Positions 1-11,845 of a stretch of 64,000 bases of DNA are shown here, in pieces; position 1 is the first letter of the stretch; every line of letters begins with the position of its first letter. The DNA lies in NCBI RefSeq assembly GCF_018350175.1, contig NC_058368.1, forward strand, positions 214,708,001 through 214,772,000, given 5' to 3'. Both the position numbers and the translations under genes were made by a program. The notes beneath the pieces are model-generated. The model saw nothing but the letters and a program-made list of their open reading frames with translations. It was not told the DNA's origin and searched no databases. This DNA is from Felis catus. Lineage: Eukaryota.

Positions 1-184
1 TTGCAAGGATAGGAAGCAGATTTGATATGATCCACCTTGAGAGGATGGATCTCAGATTATTGGATTATTGAAAGGATTATCTCCCAATGTATTATTTGGG
101 AATGAATCAAGACCATGAAATCGAAAGCCCATATTCATCAGGTGTGCAAATACCTAAGGACAAAAACAAGTAGCCTTGCCCCGC

Positions 185-471
185 TGACCCTCAAACTTAA
201 CGATAAAGAGCCTACTATTGACTGGAAGCCTTACCGATAACATAAACAGTTGATTAATGGTTGATTAACAGTTGATTATACATATATATATACATATATA
301 TGTGTATATATATATAATACTGTATTCTTACAATCAGTTAAATAAAAGAATATGTTATTAAGAAAATCGTAAGGAAGGTAAAATACATTTACAGTATTGT
401 ACTATATTTATCAAAAACAATCTGCATATAAGTAGACCCACAAAGTTCAAACCCATGTTGTTCAAGGGACA

Positions 472-474
<3 letters not shown>
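185..474 (-). mobile_element. Tigger2/Tigger2a-like DNA transposon (TcMar) relic
   Basis: Ends in gacccacaaagttcaaacccatgttgttcaaggg, the reverse complement of the Tigger2 terminus (cccttgaacaac..ggtttgaact..gggtc). It matches the opposite-orientation copy at 14050-14600 and contains an internal (TA)n tract. Confidence 0.75.

Positions 475-475
<1 letters not shown>

Positions 476-514
<39 letters not shown>
476..514. repeat. (CA)n microsatellite
   Basis: Uninterrupted CA run read directly from the sequence. Confidence 0.97.
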
Positions 515-516
<2 letters not shown>

Positions 517-820
517 ACACATACATGTTTGGAAGATGTATTATTGTCTTGTGACTGCTGTAAAAAAATCACACAAACTGGGTCAATAAAACAAAATTTA
601 TTCTTTCACCATTCTGGAGGCCATATATCTAAAATCAAGATGTTAGAGGGACGGTACTCCTTCTAGAGGCGCTAGGGAAGAATCCTTCCTTGCCTCTTCC
701 AGGTTCTCCTGGCTGTCAGTATTTCTTGACTTCCTTGGTTTGTGACCACATCACTCCAATCTCTGCCGGTTTTCACATTGCCTTTCTACGGGATGTGTCT
801 TTCCCTTTTCTATGTGTTTC

Positions 821-1046
821 TTTTTTTTTAATTTATTTTTATTTTTTGAGAGAGAATGTGAATGTGCCATCAAGCAGAGGAGGGGCAGAGGGAGAGGGGG
901 ACAGGGGGAGAGGGAGGATAGAATCCCAGTGAGGCTTCAGGCTCAGGATGGAGCCTGGTGCTGGGCTGATCTCAGGACCATGAGATCATGACCTGAGTAG
1001 AAATTAAGAGTTGGACACTTAACCGACTGAACCACCCAGATGCCCC
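821..1046 (-). mobile_element. CanSINE (older carnivore SINEC type)
   Basis: T-rich tail, (GA) tract and tRNA-like head cttaaccgactgaaccacccagatgcccc; degenerate TSD ctatgtgtttctt / ctacgtgtatctt. Confidence 0.9.
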
Positions 1047-1092
1047 CTGTCTACGTGTATCTTATAAAGACACTTGTCATTGTATTTAGGGC

Positions 1093-1401
1093 TGTTACTG
1101 ATGGGAGAGTCTGTGTTGTGTGAATGGAAGTCCCGGTTCTTGGATTCCTCACATAAGATTTATGTGAGGATCTGTGCTCCAATAAAGACAGCCAGAAAGA
1201 AGATAGCAAGCACAAAACAGTTTATTAAGACATTACACTCTCTGGGTTCCTGGGTGGTGCAGTCGGTTGGGCATCTGACTTCAGTTCAGGTCAGGATCTC
1301 ATGGTTCGTGAGTTAGAGCCCCGTGTCGGGCTCTGTGCTGACAGGTCAGAGCCTGGAGTCTGCTTCGGATTCTGTGTCTACCTCTCTCTATGCCCCTCCC
1401 C

Positions 1402-1434
<33 letters not shown>

Positions 1435-1977
1435 TCTCTCTCTCTCTCTCTCAAAAGTAAAGATTAAAAAAAAAAGAAATCTAAAGACATTACACTCTCA
1501 AGGTGGGAGAGTGGGCAGGCCCAGAGATGGCCACCGCCCAAGCCTACAGGGCTCTTTTCCTTTTATGTGAGTAGGGTCTTAGGTCATGAACCTGGACAAG
1601 CACTGAGTGGTCCCTGATGGAGACTGCTTCTGATCATTTGGGGACTCCTCCCACTGGTCTGGAAGGGTTTTTTGACTCTACAAGGTTTGTACCTGAACTA
1701 TCATGGCAACCTTCCTCCCTGGGGGCGAGGGGCTGAAACTGCAATGCAAATACATTATAATGAACCTAAGGGTCACGCTGGGGCAGAAGTTGAAGAGGAG
1801 AGTGCATGTTTCACACCTGGGGCTCTTAGTCTGTCAGCCTAGGGTGTTAGAAGTCACAAAGCCAAGATGTTGAAAGCCACAAAGTCAGGATGTTGTACCC
1901 TCAGGCTTCTAAGGTGTAACCTATTTATCAATGCCTTTGTCTCCAGCTCAAGTCTAGCTAACTGCCTATTCTATCAT
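1093..1977 (-). mobile_element. ERV solo LTR inserted in the MLT1
   Basis: Segment bounded by tgttac...ctatca (TG...CA) that interrupts the MLT1. On the minus strand there is a TATA-like cataaaagg (~1560-1568) upstream of AATAAA (1221-1226). Confidence 0.65.
1243..1483 (+). mobile_element. CanSINE (SINEC_Fc-like) nested in the LTR
   Basis: gggttcctgggtgg head, (CA)n(CT)n tract and A tail; exact 16-bp TSD aagacattacactctc at 1227-1242 and 1484-1499. Confidence 0.95.
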
Positions 1978-3871
1978 CAGGCCTACCCAGATAATCCTGT
2001 AAAATCTTTTCATCAAGGTTCTTAATTTAATTACATCTGGAAAGATTCTTTTTCCAAAATAGCTAACATTAATAAAGTCTGTGATTAGCATCTGAGCATA
2101 TCCTTTGGAGGCCTACTATTCAGTCCATTACAGGGGGCTTTGACTTTTATTTTGGTAATTGCATTTTTAATTTCAGTGGTTTTATAGCTTAAAATCTTTG
2201 CCATGGTTCCTAATTATGCTCTATCATATATGCAATGAAAATATTTAAGAAAGTAAAATACAGAATAACAATGCAATTTTATAAACTGTAACATGCACCA
2301 TCTGGAAATATTGACTGAATTTTATATTTGGGGGGGATAATTGAGTTAATTTTGATGGAAACAGAAACATATCTTATGCTATCAACTTGATTTTCTTCAC
2401 TCCTGCCATGAATCCCATTAGTTACTTAGACAACCTTCTGTTTCTGCATAAAATTAAATGTTACATAAAATACCAGTAAGAAGTAAAAGGTCAAAGTGAT
2501 ACCTTTTTTTTTCTTTTTTTGTCACAAAGGACAAAAATAAAAGGAAAAGGTCTAGAAATATTGAAGCATTGATAAAAGAAAATAGGAATGAAAAAATAAA
2601 GATTTTTAATAAAAGAAAAAAGAAGGCTTTATGCAAAACAGCAGACATTAAACAAAAACATGATGTTGAAAAGGGATAAGGCATAAGTGAAATAGGTATT
2701 CGAAAACCTGATGAATATATAGGGCTGTATGTATCTCAGATTTGCTGGTATTTGCTGCTTCTATTCTGACATCCATGTTTTTGGCCTACCTGTCTCAGAG
2801 AATTCTGGGTCTTGGAAAACTCTTCTGCCACTCTGAATATTTCAGGCCTCTTCTCAACTCCAGGACAGTGATCTATTATATACCAATGGCAAGTCAAAAT
2901 GGCCATTAGTAGGAATACAGAAGACCCTCTGACAACATTTACTTACCAGCTGCTACACTGTTCTGAGCTGATCATTTCCTTCACTCTTAAAACTTGCCTT
3001 TCAGTGCTGCACTGAGGCCCATTTTCCTCTCTAAGGAAGCCGTAACGCATTTGATTGAGCCTCCCTTTCTCTGAGAGTGACCAGTGTAGATTTATCTGTT
3101 TCCTCTCTTCTTTCCCCTGTGTAAGGTTGTACAACTTTGCTGCTCCAAGTACAAAACTGCACTTGGGTCCTTTGGTTCTCTCTGTTCTTGAACGATAAAG
3201 AAAGATATTACCTCGATTCAATAACAGATTAAAAACAGAAAAGCAAAAGCAAATTTGTTGACTTAGAAGTCATCATTTATCCATGTCCTTTTTTTATGTC
3301 TTTCAAAAGAGAAGGAAAGTTCTCTGGCAGAAAAAAATAGGTGATCCCAAGGGGATTTGGGGCATGTTTAATAAAACCAGCACTGTTTGATCAGTTGGCT
3401 TCTGCATAATTGAGAGGAAAAGCTTTGCTGTCAGTCTCATCCAGGTTTTATGATGGCTCCAAAATATCTTCATAAAAATCAACCTTTTAAAATTATATAG
3501 CCAAAGCCATTGCATCCTACTTCATTGTCTGTATTCAATAAAGGTTTAAAAGACAAATGAAAAGATCATTATTCAGTTTTCATTCTCACCTGAAATCATT
3601 TGCTGGGGGTAAAATCGGTCAATGTGACAGGGATGAGTTCTAACAGAGACTGACATTAACTCACTATGAGGCCACTAAATCAGAAGTAACCAATCAATTG
3701 TATTCTGCATCTCGAGTTCGATTTTTCCAACTTATATGCGACATCTGATTGTCATTCTTTCCTTTGTAGTGAGTACTGGATTGGAATTTAGTAATAGAAT
3801 ATAAAATATTAGGTAATCTCTGAGTGGCCAGAGAAAGCTAGTGTAACTTGATATTCTATTTCTAGGATAAT

Positions 3872-3872
<1 letters not shown>

Positions 3873-3904
<32 letters not shown>
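3873..3904. repeat. C32 homopolymer
   Basis: 32 consecutive C bases. Confidence 0.95.
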
Positions 3905-3905
<1 letters not shown>

Positions 3906-4662
3906 CCTGGGAGTTTAGGGAGTTTGGGACAAAGCATGTGAGAAGATGCTATAACCTTTGGAGGAAAAACCCAATCCAAATTTAAGGGGGTGTTATCTTG
4001 GGCTTGAAGCTCTTTGCAAATCTACTTTAAATATTTAGCTATTTTGTTAGGTAATAAGAGTATTACAGTTTTAATCTCTGCTGTGATTTAGAAAGGAATA
4101 AAGAAGTAGTGATCTGTTTACAGTACATATTAACTAAATGCATTCATTTGCATAATACCTCTTTAGGGATGGACTACATCATTCAGAGATTTCTATATGT
4201 GGAACTACAGGGATATTTTAGGCTTCAGTGACACTGAGGTCTTAACTTAAAGTCTATTAGATTAGCCCGACAACATTTCCTGATTAAAAATTCCCATTAG
4301 TGGTGAGACAGCTTCTGAGAAGCACTTTTCACCTTATGGTGCCAGTCACTGGGGAGAATAAATATTCTTGTTTGAAAGTGAATTCCATACAGAAAGGCAT
4401 GTGGTTGTTTTTAGAGATATGAAAAGAAACAGTTTTTGGTGTGGAGGAATTCAAATGTTCTGGAGGAAAAAAGTCCATCATGCAACTCCATGCTTTTTAA
4501 AATATTTGAATTCCAAAGTTTTAATTGAAAATCTGAAGGCAGTGATGTAAAAAAAAAAAATTGAATTCTGTGGCGGATTTCAATTTTGATACCTTCATTA
4601 AAAAACAAAAATTGTTGATAGCTGTTGATTGTAAACTCATAGTCTAGTAATTGTGTAGATAT

Positions 4663-4945
4663 TGTGGTAGATTACATTCCAGTTTCCAAATGTTTCTTTC
4701 CTTTCCCTGTGAAAACACCCTCCCCCTCCATAATCAGGCTTGGTCATATGATTTTTATTAGTTTTCCTTATGAGAAGATTTTTTTTTTCTATCCATTGAC
4801 TGAAACCTTACCATGTGACTTGGTTTAGCCAACAAGTTGTGAGTAGCAGTGATGAATGTTCCTTTCAAGAAAAAAGTTTAAGAACCACCAGCAATCTGCC
4901 ATATCTTTTTCTCTGCCATGGAAATGGCAATATCCTGGACTGTAG
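4663..4945 (+). mobile_element. Old MLT1 (H/I/J-like) LTR fragment
   Basis: Starts tgtggtagattacatt; contains ccattgac..ccatgtgacttggtttagccaa..aagtttaagaaccacc..ctctgccatg. Confidence 0.6.
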
Positions 4946-6629
4946 TAACTTTCCATCTAAAATTTAGCAGAACACAACTTAAATTTTACCTCATAAACAA
5001 TAGTGTTCCTCATATGTATTACTTTCAATGCAATCAATACATGACTAGTACTGATCTCTCGACCTAGTTCATTACTGTCCACTAGCCAAAAAGCATAGCA
5101 CTTCCTTAAGGCCGGTGTTAACATATGGCCAAGGATGGTGACATTAGGGGACAGAGCAAGCATTTTGTATTTATTAAAGAATGGAGTTGCTTCCCATGCC
5201 TTCCTGACTGCTTTGAATTTTCAATTATTTATAATATATGTGTATTTACTTGATGTATTTGTTTAAAGTTTTGGCTCTTATTTATAGGCTATACCATATT
5301 AAAGTAAAGGCATTCATAGCATCTAAATTATGTTGCTCCAAAGTGAAATAAAAATGAAGAAAGTCTGCTATGAGGAAGAATTAGAATCAGTTATATTAGA
5401 CAGAATGAGAAATGAGAATTGAAAGAGAATGTAAAATCAAAGAAAACAAGAAGGAAATAAGAAGGCCATGCGAAAAGAAAAAGGAAATGATTTTAGTCAT
5501 TAGAATTTTCTAGTGATATGATTTTAAAACAATGGCCAAGTGTTCAGCAGATGCATAATTCTGAGAACATAAAGAAAAGAAGCTCAGAGAAATTCAAATT
5601 AAAAATATCTCAATGAATATGGAGACAATTGAGAAAATGAGAAAAAAACAAGAAACTACATTTCCCTATCTCCCATTTAGGTCTACTCTTTCAAAGCAGG
5701 GTCTTTGAAAAATTTGAAGGTGATGTAAAATCTTTGAATGATTCTCTGTTCTCTGAAATCTTCAAATTATGCTTTCCAATGTTATGGAATTCAAGGTCTT
5801 TCCTAGAGAGGAAGTTGTAGTCATTCTGTAGCTTGGATAAGATAAAATTTCTTAAGACAACATTCATAGACATCTCTAAATAAGTGAAAACGAGCACATT
5901 CATATTCATATTGTACTGTCATATTCTGCATTTTGTTTTTCTGCTTAGACAATATAGCCCATTTTACTTTGTCCATTTTGAGTAATCAAAAACATATTGC
6001 AATTCTCTCACCTCTGCTTCTGACTGTAATCTGCTGCCCTCCTACAGGTGTGGGATATGGAAAGTGAGAAATGAAGAAATATGTTGAAAAATATTAGCAC
6101 CTTGACAAGGGGTGAACGTCTTAACTGGCATAGAACAGGCAGTGACCAGTCAAAACGGGATAGTGCACAAATTAACTGTAAGAGCTGTATCAGCACTTAT
6201 CAGTAGAAAATCAGTTCTGAACTTGTCAATAAGACCTCTGAGATGGAAACTGGCTTACTGAGAAGCTGAGAGAGTTCATCAATATGGCCACAAAGTTCTC
6301 ATATAATTTGCTTTAACTTTTTCTTCTTCTAATTCCAGAGTAAAAATATCTTTGTGTCCTTTCTCATCAGCTCACTTTCTCAGTTGAGTTAAAATAAGAA
6401 CGAGTATAGAGTAGGACGAGTATAAATAAATAAAATCAGTCATTTATATGTTAGTGGGACTTCACATCTGAACTGGGTCTAGCTCATCTAGTGGTCCATT
6501 TCCAGGAATCTCAGAGGCCAGAAGGATGTCAGTAAGAGGAGGATTTGGCAACTTGTCTGAGTCAAAGCCAAAACCTAAGACTGTCCTTCTGAGGTCAAAG
6601 TGTTTTCATTCTCCTGGGAAGCAAAACAT

Positions 6630-6865
6630 TGTTGTGGTTAAGAGCATGATCTATGCAAACTAGAGTGCTTGAATTTGAATCTGCCCATCTGTATGACCTT
6701 GCCAAGCTATTTAAATGTTCTGTATCTCAGTTTCCTCATCTGTAAAATGGGAAATATAGTATTATCTACTTCATAGTGTTTGGGCAAGAATTAACTAAAT
6801 TAAATATGTAAACAATTTTTAGAAGTGCCTGGCACATACCAAGTACTACATGCATGTGAGTTACT
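6630..6865 (+). mobile_element. MIR SINE
   Basis: gtggttaagagcat, MIR core tgaccttg..ctcagtttcctcatctgtaaaatggg, and gtgcctggcacat. Confidence 0.9.
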
Positions 6866-9800
6866 AATGTATTAATGGTAAAGGTCTAGAGCTTTTTTCC
6901 CTCTGCGTTTTCCCCTGCAGTCTCTTGGCTCTGGCTTTAATGTCCATTCTTAGTTGTGATGAAAATATTCTCACCTGTAGATTGGCCATCTTCAACTCCT
7001 CTCACCAACTGTTCTTAGCCTGAGTTCTTCTAGCAACTAGGTGAAGGCAGAAAGCAAGCATATGTGCTATTTAACTCTCCTTCAGAAAAAGGAATTAGAG
7101 AGAGGACTCAGGGAGACATTTCAGGTCTTGGACATTCTGGGGACAAGAGAGTAAAAAATCCAGGTGAAGCTGGATATTATTAGAGTATATATGTATGCAT
7201 TGCAGCCATTAAGCTGAAAGTTAAATATCACATAGAATGAGGAAAATTATCAACAGCAGTGTTTATTTTAGAAACTACAAACTAAAATAGCATAAGAAAG
7301 CTGTAGAAACTTACATAATTTTTTTAAAGTATTTTTTTTGTAAACTTCTTACATCTATTTTGATTATATCACGACTGAAAAGATTGTGTCGTGCTATAAA
7401 TTGGTTAATAAGACAGATTTTCATGGTTGTTCAATTTCTGATTTATAACATACCTTTCATTAAATGACACTATTTACTACACTGGTCATTATTTTGCCAG
7501 GATGTTGCCAATTTCCATCCAAAAACACATAGCACCCAGAGTGACTTGTCCTGTTACTTCTTTTAGAGACTGGTTTCCCACTTTGGCAGGAAATATAGTC
7601 AAATCCATATGACACTAAAATATATTTCAAGAAAGCTATTTTTGAAAAGGGGAGGCATATGACTTAGTGAATTTTCCTTTCTCTCCGGGATGTCACTCCT
7701 TCTTCTCCTTACAAGTCTACGTTGCTGGTTATTTTTTATTTCTCCTTTTTGGATTCTTCTACTGCCCCTTTTAACATTGGTGCTATTTTCAAATGTCCCC
7801 ATTGTCACCTATTCTCTTAAATATACTTTCTCCATGTTGTTTTGTCCAACAATGCTTCCACTCTTGTTTTGTTAATAAAATAGACAGATGCTTTCTGAAG
7901 AACCATTCCAAAATATTTGAAATGTACCAAAATGACTTTGAGTCATTTCTATGGGCAACAGAATGTTGACCTTCATAATCCATAGCAATAGAGACCCAAA
8001 TATTTGAGTAAAATTCTCACCCCTGAAATAGTATGAGGAAACTCAGTTGAATCTTGTTATAGAAAATTTTGGAAATATTTTTCCTATTATTGTTAAAAGT
8101 AGATTTTTTAAAAAATCAGTTATCAGTTTTCGATGAGTTATCCAATTGAGTAGGTTTATCTTAAAAACTTTTGTCTGTGAGTGATGGGATTTTTAAGGTA
8201 TTTAAATTTTAGTGGCACCAGTGGCTATAGATATTTGAGATAAAAGAGATAAATGAAATTTTTTTTTATAAAGAAAAAGAAAAATGCAAAGAACAGGGGA
8301 TAAGAAGGGACAACTTTGTAGAATTTCTGAGAAAAGGCACAAGGCACTGTCAGAAGCTTCATGTTGTTTAGTAAAGTATTTCCTTGAAGTTGATGAAGCT
8401 ATATGGGGGAATGTGTGAAAAGTAATTTGGAGAGCAAGGGGACACACAGCTTCTAATTGATCCAAAGTCTGTACAGACATATATGCTGTCCCTTAAATTA
8501 TCTCTTAGTAACTAAGCAGGTTGAAGAGATAGAATCAATCATCAGAGATAATGCTATGAGATGAGAGTCCAGAGAATAAACTTTCTCTGTCATCTACCCT
8601 AAGGTCCTAGACATGTTAGTTGTCCATGGGGATATGTTCTATGCAATAGTTCTAATGTGCTTTAGAAAGGCTATTATGCCTAAAGTTTGGGGGATGTACT
8701 AAACTCAACAGTAGTTAAGAATGGTTTTAAATATATCCAATAATATTTAGGCATATGTTTCTTTCTATCATGATAAAAGCATGTGAATGTTTGTACCACC
8801 ATTTTTTCAACTTAAATAGGTTGTTTTGTTCTTGTGAAAGCAACCCAAGACCTTAACTAACTTACGTAAACATGGCTGACTCCACACAGGGAAACTTATT
8901 TACAAAATGGCCTGATTTTACAGGTGTGCTTCAATAAAGAAATATATATTAATAATGACAATGGAATAGAATGGGAAATGGAAATAAAATCCATGAAGAT
9001 AAAAAAAGAAAACAGGGTTTTTCTGTCCTATTATAACAATACTTTCTTCATTCAAGTCATAATACTCCCTGCCCTCCTCATTGGCAACCAGTAAAATATG
9101 TACAATCTGAGGCACATAGGCAAGAAACTTCCAATGTAAACCAGCTGCAAATGCAATTTTGAGAATCACTGAGAAAGATCCAACCCCCTCCCATCATTAA
9201 TCATTTAACAACTATGCAAATAACCATTTTCTTTATAAATACGAATCAGGAAGAGATTGAACAGATTTATATTTGTATATGCAGTCTATATACATATATG
9301 TACAAATTCAGTCACCTCATATGATATTAAAGCTTTCTAGGTACAAGTATTATATTCTTAAGAATAACGAAAACATAAGAATGTAAGTGTAATAAGATCT
9401 AACACCTGAAAGAGGAGATTTGGCACAAATGCAAATACCTAGGATACACTATAATATGTAGCTAACATAAGAAACTTTATAATTAATTGAGGGAGGTAGG
9501 GTTAGTAAAGGTTTTTGAGTCAAAACTTAGCAGTGAAGAACATTTAGTTAAATACAATGACTGGCTAAAGAATTCTAGGCAAAGGAATAATATAAATAAA
9601 GGCGTAATGGAAATGGATGAATGAATATATGGAGAATTTTAGCTTTATTTATAGAAACTCAACACGATTGATCATGGTTAAGTAAGGAGAAAGTAAGAAT
9701 GGGTATGGGGTGCTGAGGAAAAGGCATGTACAGAGATGCTCTCCAGAAACATTAATATGCCTAATATGAGTTGAATGAGAGAGGAGAAGGTGAAATAGTG

Positions 9801-9949
9801 CTCCTAAATTTTTGACCGGCTTTGTTGGAAAGAGAAAGATCTTTAACAGAAATCTTGGGAATTACTGAAGATATGGATTTGGAAATCATGTATACAGTAG
9901 TAACATCAGAAGCAATGAGAGGTAATCAGAGCATCATTTATGATAAAAT

Positions 9950-10190
9950 TAACTGTCATTTGTTAAATTGTATTTATGTTCCACTTTGCTTTGTGCTTCA
10001 CATGTTATTAATTCTCACAACCCCTGGAAACAGGTATTAACATTTGCATCCCTACCCCATTTACAGAGGTGGAAGTGGTGCTCACAAAACATAAATAACT
10101 CATTAAAATTTATTCAGTTCATAGGTGGTAGACTGGAGATTGAATACATGTCTGTCTAGCCCAAGACTTGAATGCTTTTTGCTGCTGCTG
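9950..10190 (-). mobile_element. MIR SINE
   Basis: Reverse-strand core attctcacaacccctg..ccccatttacagaggtggaa..gtggtagactggagattgaa. Confidence 0.75.
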
Positions 10191-10575
10191 TGTGCTTCTC
10201 TCTCAGAGCAAATAGTTTAGCAAGATAAAGGAAAAAGACAAAAACATGGGGATTCTCATAATTAAGTGGGATGCAGGAATTTAGATGGGATAGGGAGGAG
10301 GCAACTTAAAGCTAGGAACCTAGTAGGAGACATGAGAAAAAACCCACACATTTTGTCTCATTATTTCATGGAAGGAGGGAGAGAAGCTCCACTCTGCTTG
10401 AATGGGGTGAAGTGAATAATAGATATAGATAGAAATGTCAAGAGATATAGGTGAAGTGAGGGAAGATATAGTAATATGATTCATGAAAGCGGTTGTTCCT
10501 AAATGGCCTTAGATGTTTTCATAGAGCCGTTAGAAACCTGTTGAGGTATTGTCACTTTCAAAGACAGTTCTTCGA

Positions 10576-10778
10576 GGGGCACCTGGGTGGCTCAGTCTGT
10601 TAAGCATCCAACTCTTGATTTCAGCTTAGGTCATGATGTCACAGTCCATGCTGACAGTGTGGAGCCTGCTTGGGATTTTATTTTCCTGTCTCTCTGTCCC
10701 TCCCCCACTCACAGGCTCTCATGCGCATGCTCTTTCTCTCTTTGTCTCTCTCAAAATAAACAAACATTAAAAAAAAGA
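10576..10778 (+). mobile_element. CanSINE with internal deletion
   Basis: ggggcacctgggtggctcagt head, CT tract and aaaataaacaaacattaaaa tail. It lacks the gttcgtgagttcgagcccc segment present in the other copies. Confidence 0.9.
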
Positions 10779-11279
10779 CAAAGATGGTTTTTGGTAATAC
10801 AGATACCAATTTTAAAATTTCCTCATAGAAAAAAAAACAGAAAAAGACTACAAAATATATGGATAATATGATCTTGAAATCTTGATGGTGATTACATTTA
10901 AAAGCAGATAAACGATGAGCATTTTGCAATTTAAGTAGGTTGTTTTTGTTATTTTCCAGCAAGAAATCTAAGATTCTAAATAATTTATCCAAATAGAGAT
11001 AGCAAGCTTATTTATAAAATGTACACAGCAAGCTTATTTATAAAATGGTCGGTTTTGAAATGTGTGCACCAGTAACAACAGATAGGCACACACACAGTTT
11101 TTAAACTATAATAAATACATAAGTTTCAGTGATATTCCAAATATCCATGGTATTAGCAAAAGCTGAGCTGTGTTGAAATTATGACTGATGTATAATCAGT
11201 TATACTCTTGCCTCATCTTGCAAACTGATCTTGGAGAGTTTGAAGCCAGACAACAGATAGGATTATAACAATGGTAGCA

Positions 11280-11455
11280 ACTATGTGGTTTTAGAGAAAG
11301 ACTGAGGCTTGACCTGGCTTTGCTCTTTAGTAGCTAGTGACTGCAGGCACCCACTTAAATTCTCCATTGCTCAATAGATTCTTCTGTAAAATGGGAATGA
11401 CAGTGCCGAGAATGGAATTGTGTGGTAGTACTTGTGAAAGTGCTTTGTAAATTGG
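11280..11455 (+). mobile_element. MIR SINE (diverged)
   Basis: ctgtaaaatgggaatgacagtgcc and tgtgaaagtgctttgtaaa. Confidence 0.65.
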
Positions 11456-11801
11456 GGATTATTTAAAAAATACTTTATAATATTAAAAAAATAATATTAA
11501 AACAATTTTTTGTTACTGTCTCTACATAACGGTTTCTCTCTACTTTGTTTTTGTTGTTCTTTATGTAATCAAACCATGGTCTTAAAGCGAAAATTTGAAA
11601 AATAAGACGGGCTATAAAAAATCCTCTTTCATATTTTAATTTTATTTTTCTTATGTAGTAGCTAAAATGTCCACCAAAGGAAAAATGGGTCAGTTAGAGA
11701 ACATAGATTTTTTATTAAAGCAATAATACATTATAGGAAAAAAAATCTTCAGGGTTATGGGATCATTTTTCATTGTCAATAGAATTTTAATTTAAGGGTT
11801 T

Positions 11802-11845
11802 TGTGTGTGTGCGTGTGTGTGCGTGTGTGTGTGTGTATGTGTGTG
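11802..11845. repeat. (TG)n microsatellite
   Basis: Interrupted TG run read directly from the sequence. Confidence 0.95.

Larger units (their letters stand above)
537..2132 (-). mobile_element. MLT1 (MaLR) solo LTR split into three pieces (~537-820, ~1047-1092, ~1980-2132) by later insertions
   Basis: Typical MLT1 motifs are collinear across the insertions: attctggaggcc..aaatcaag, tagggaagaatccttccttgcctcttccag, tcttataaagacacttgtcattg, ccagataatcc..ttaattacatctg, and the terminus ctattcagtccattaca. Confidence 0.75.
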
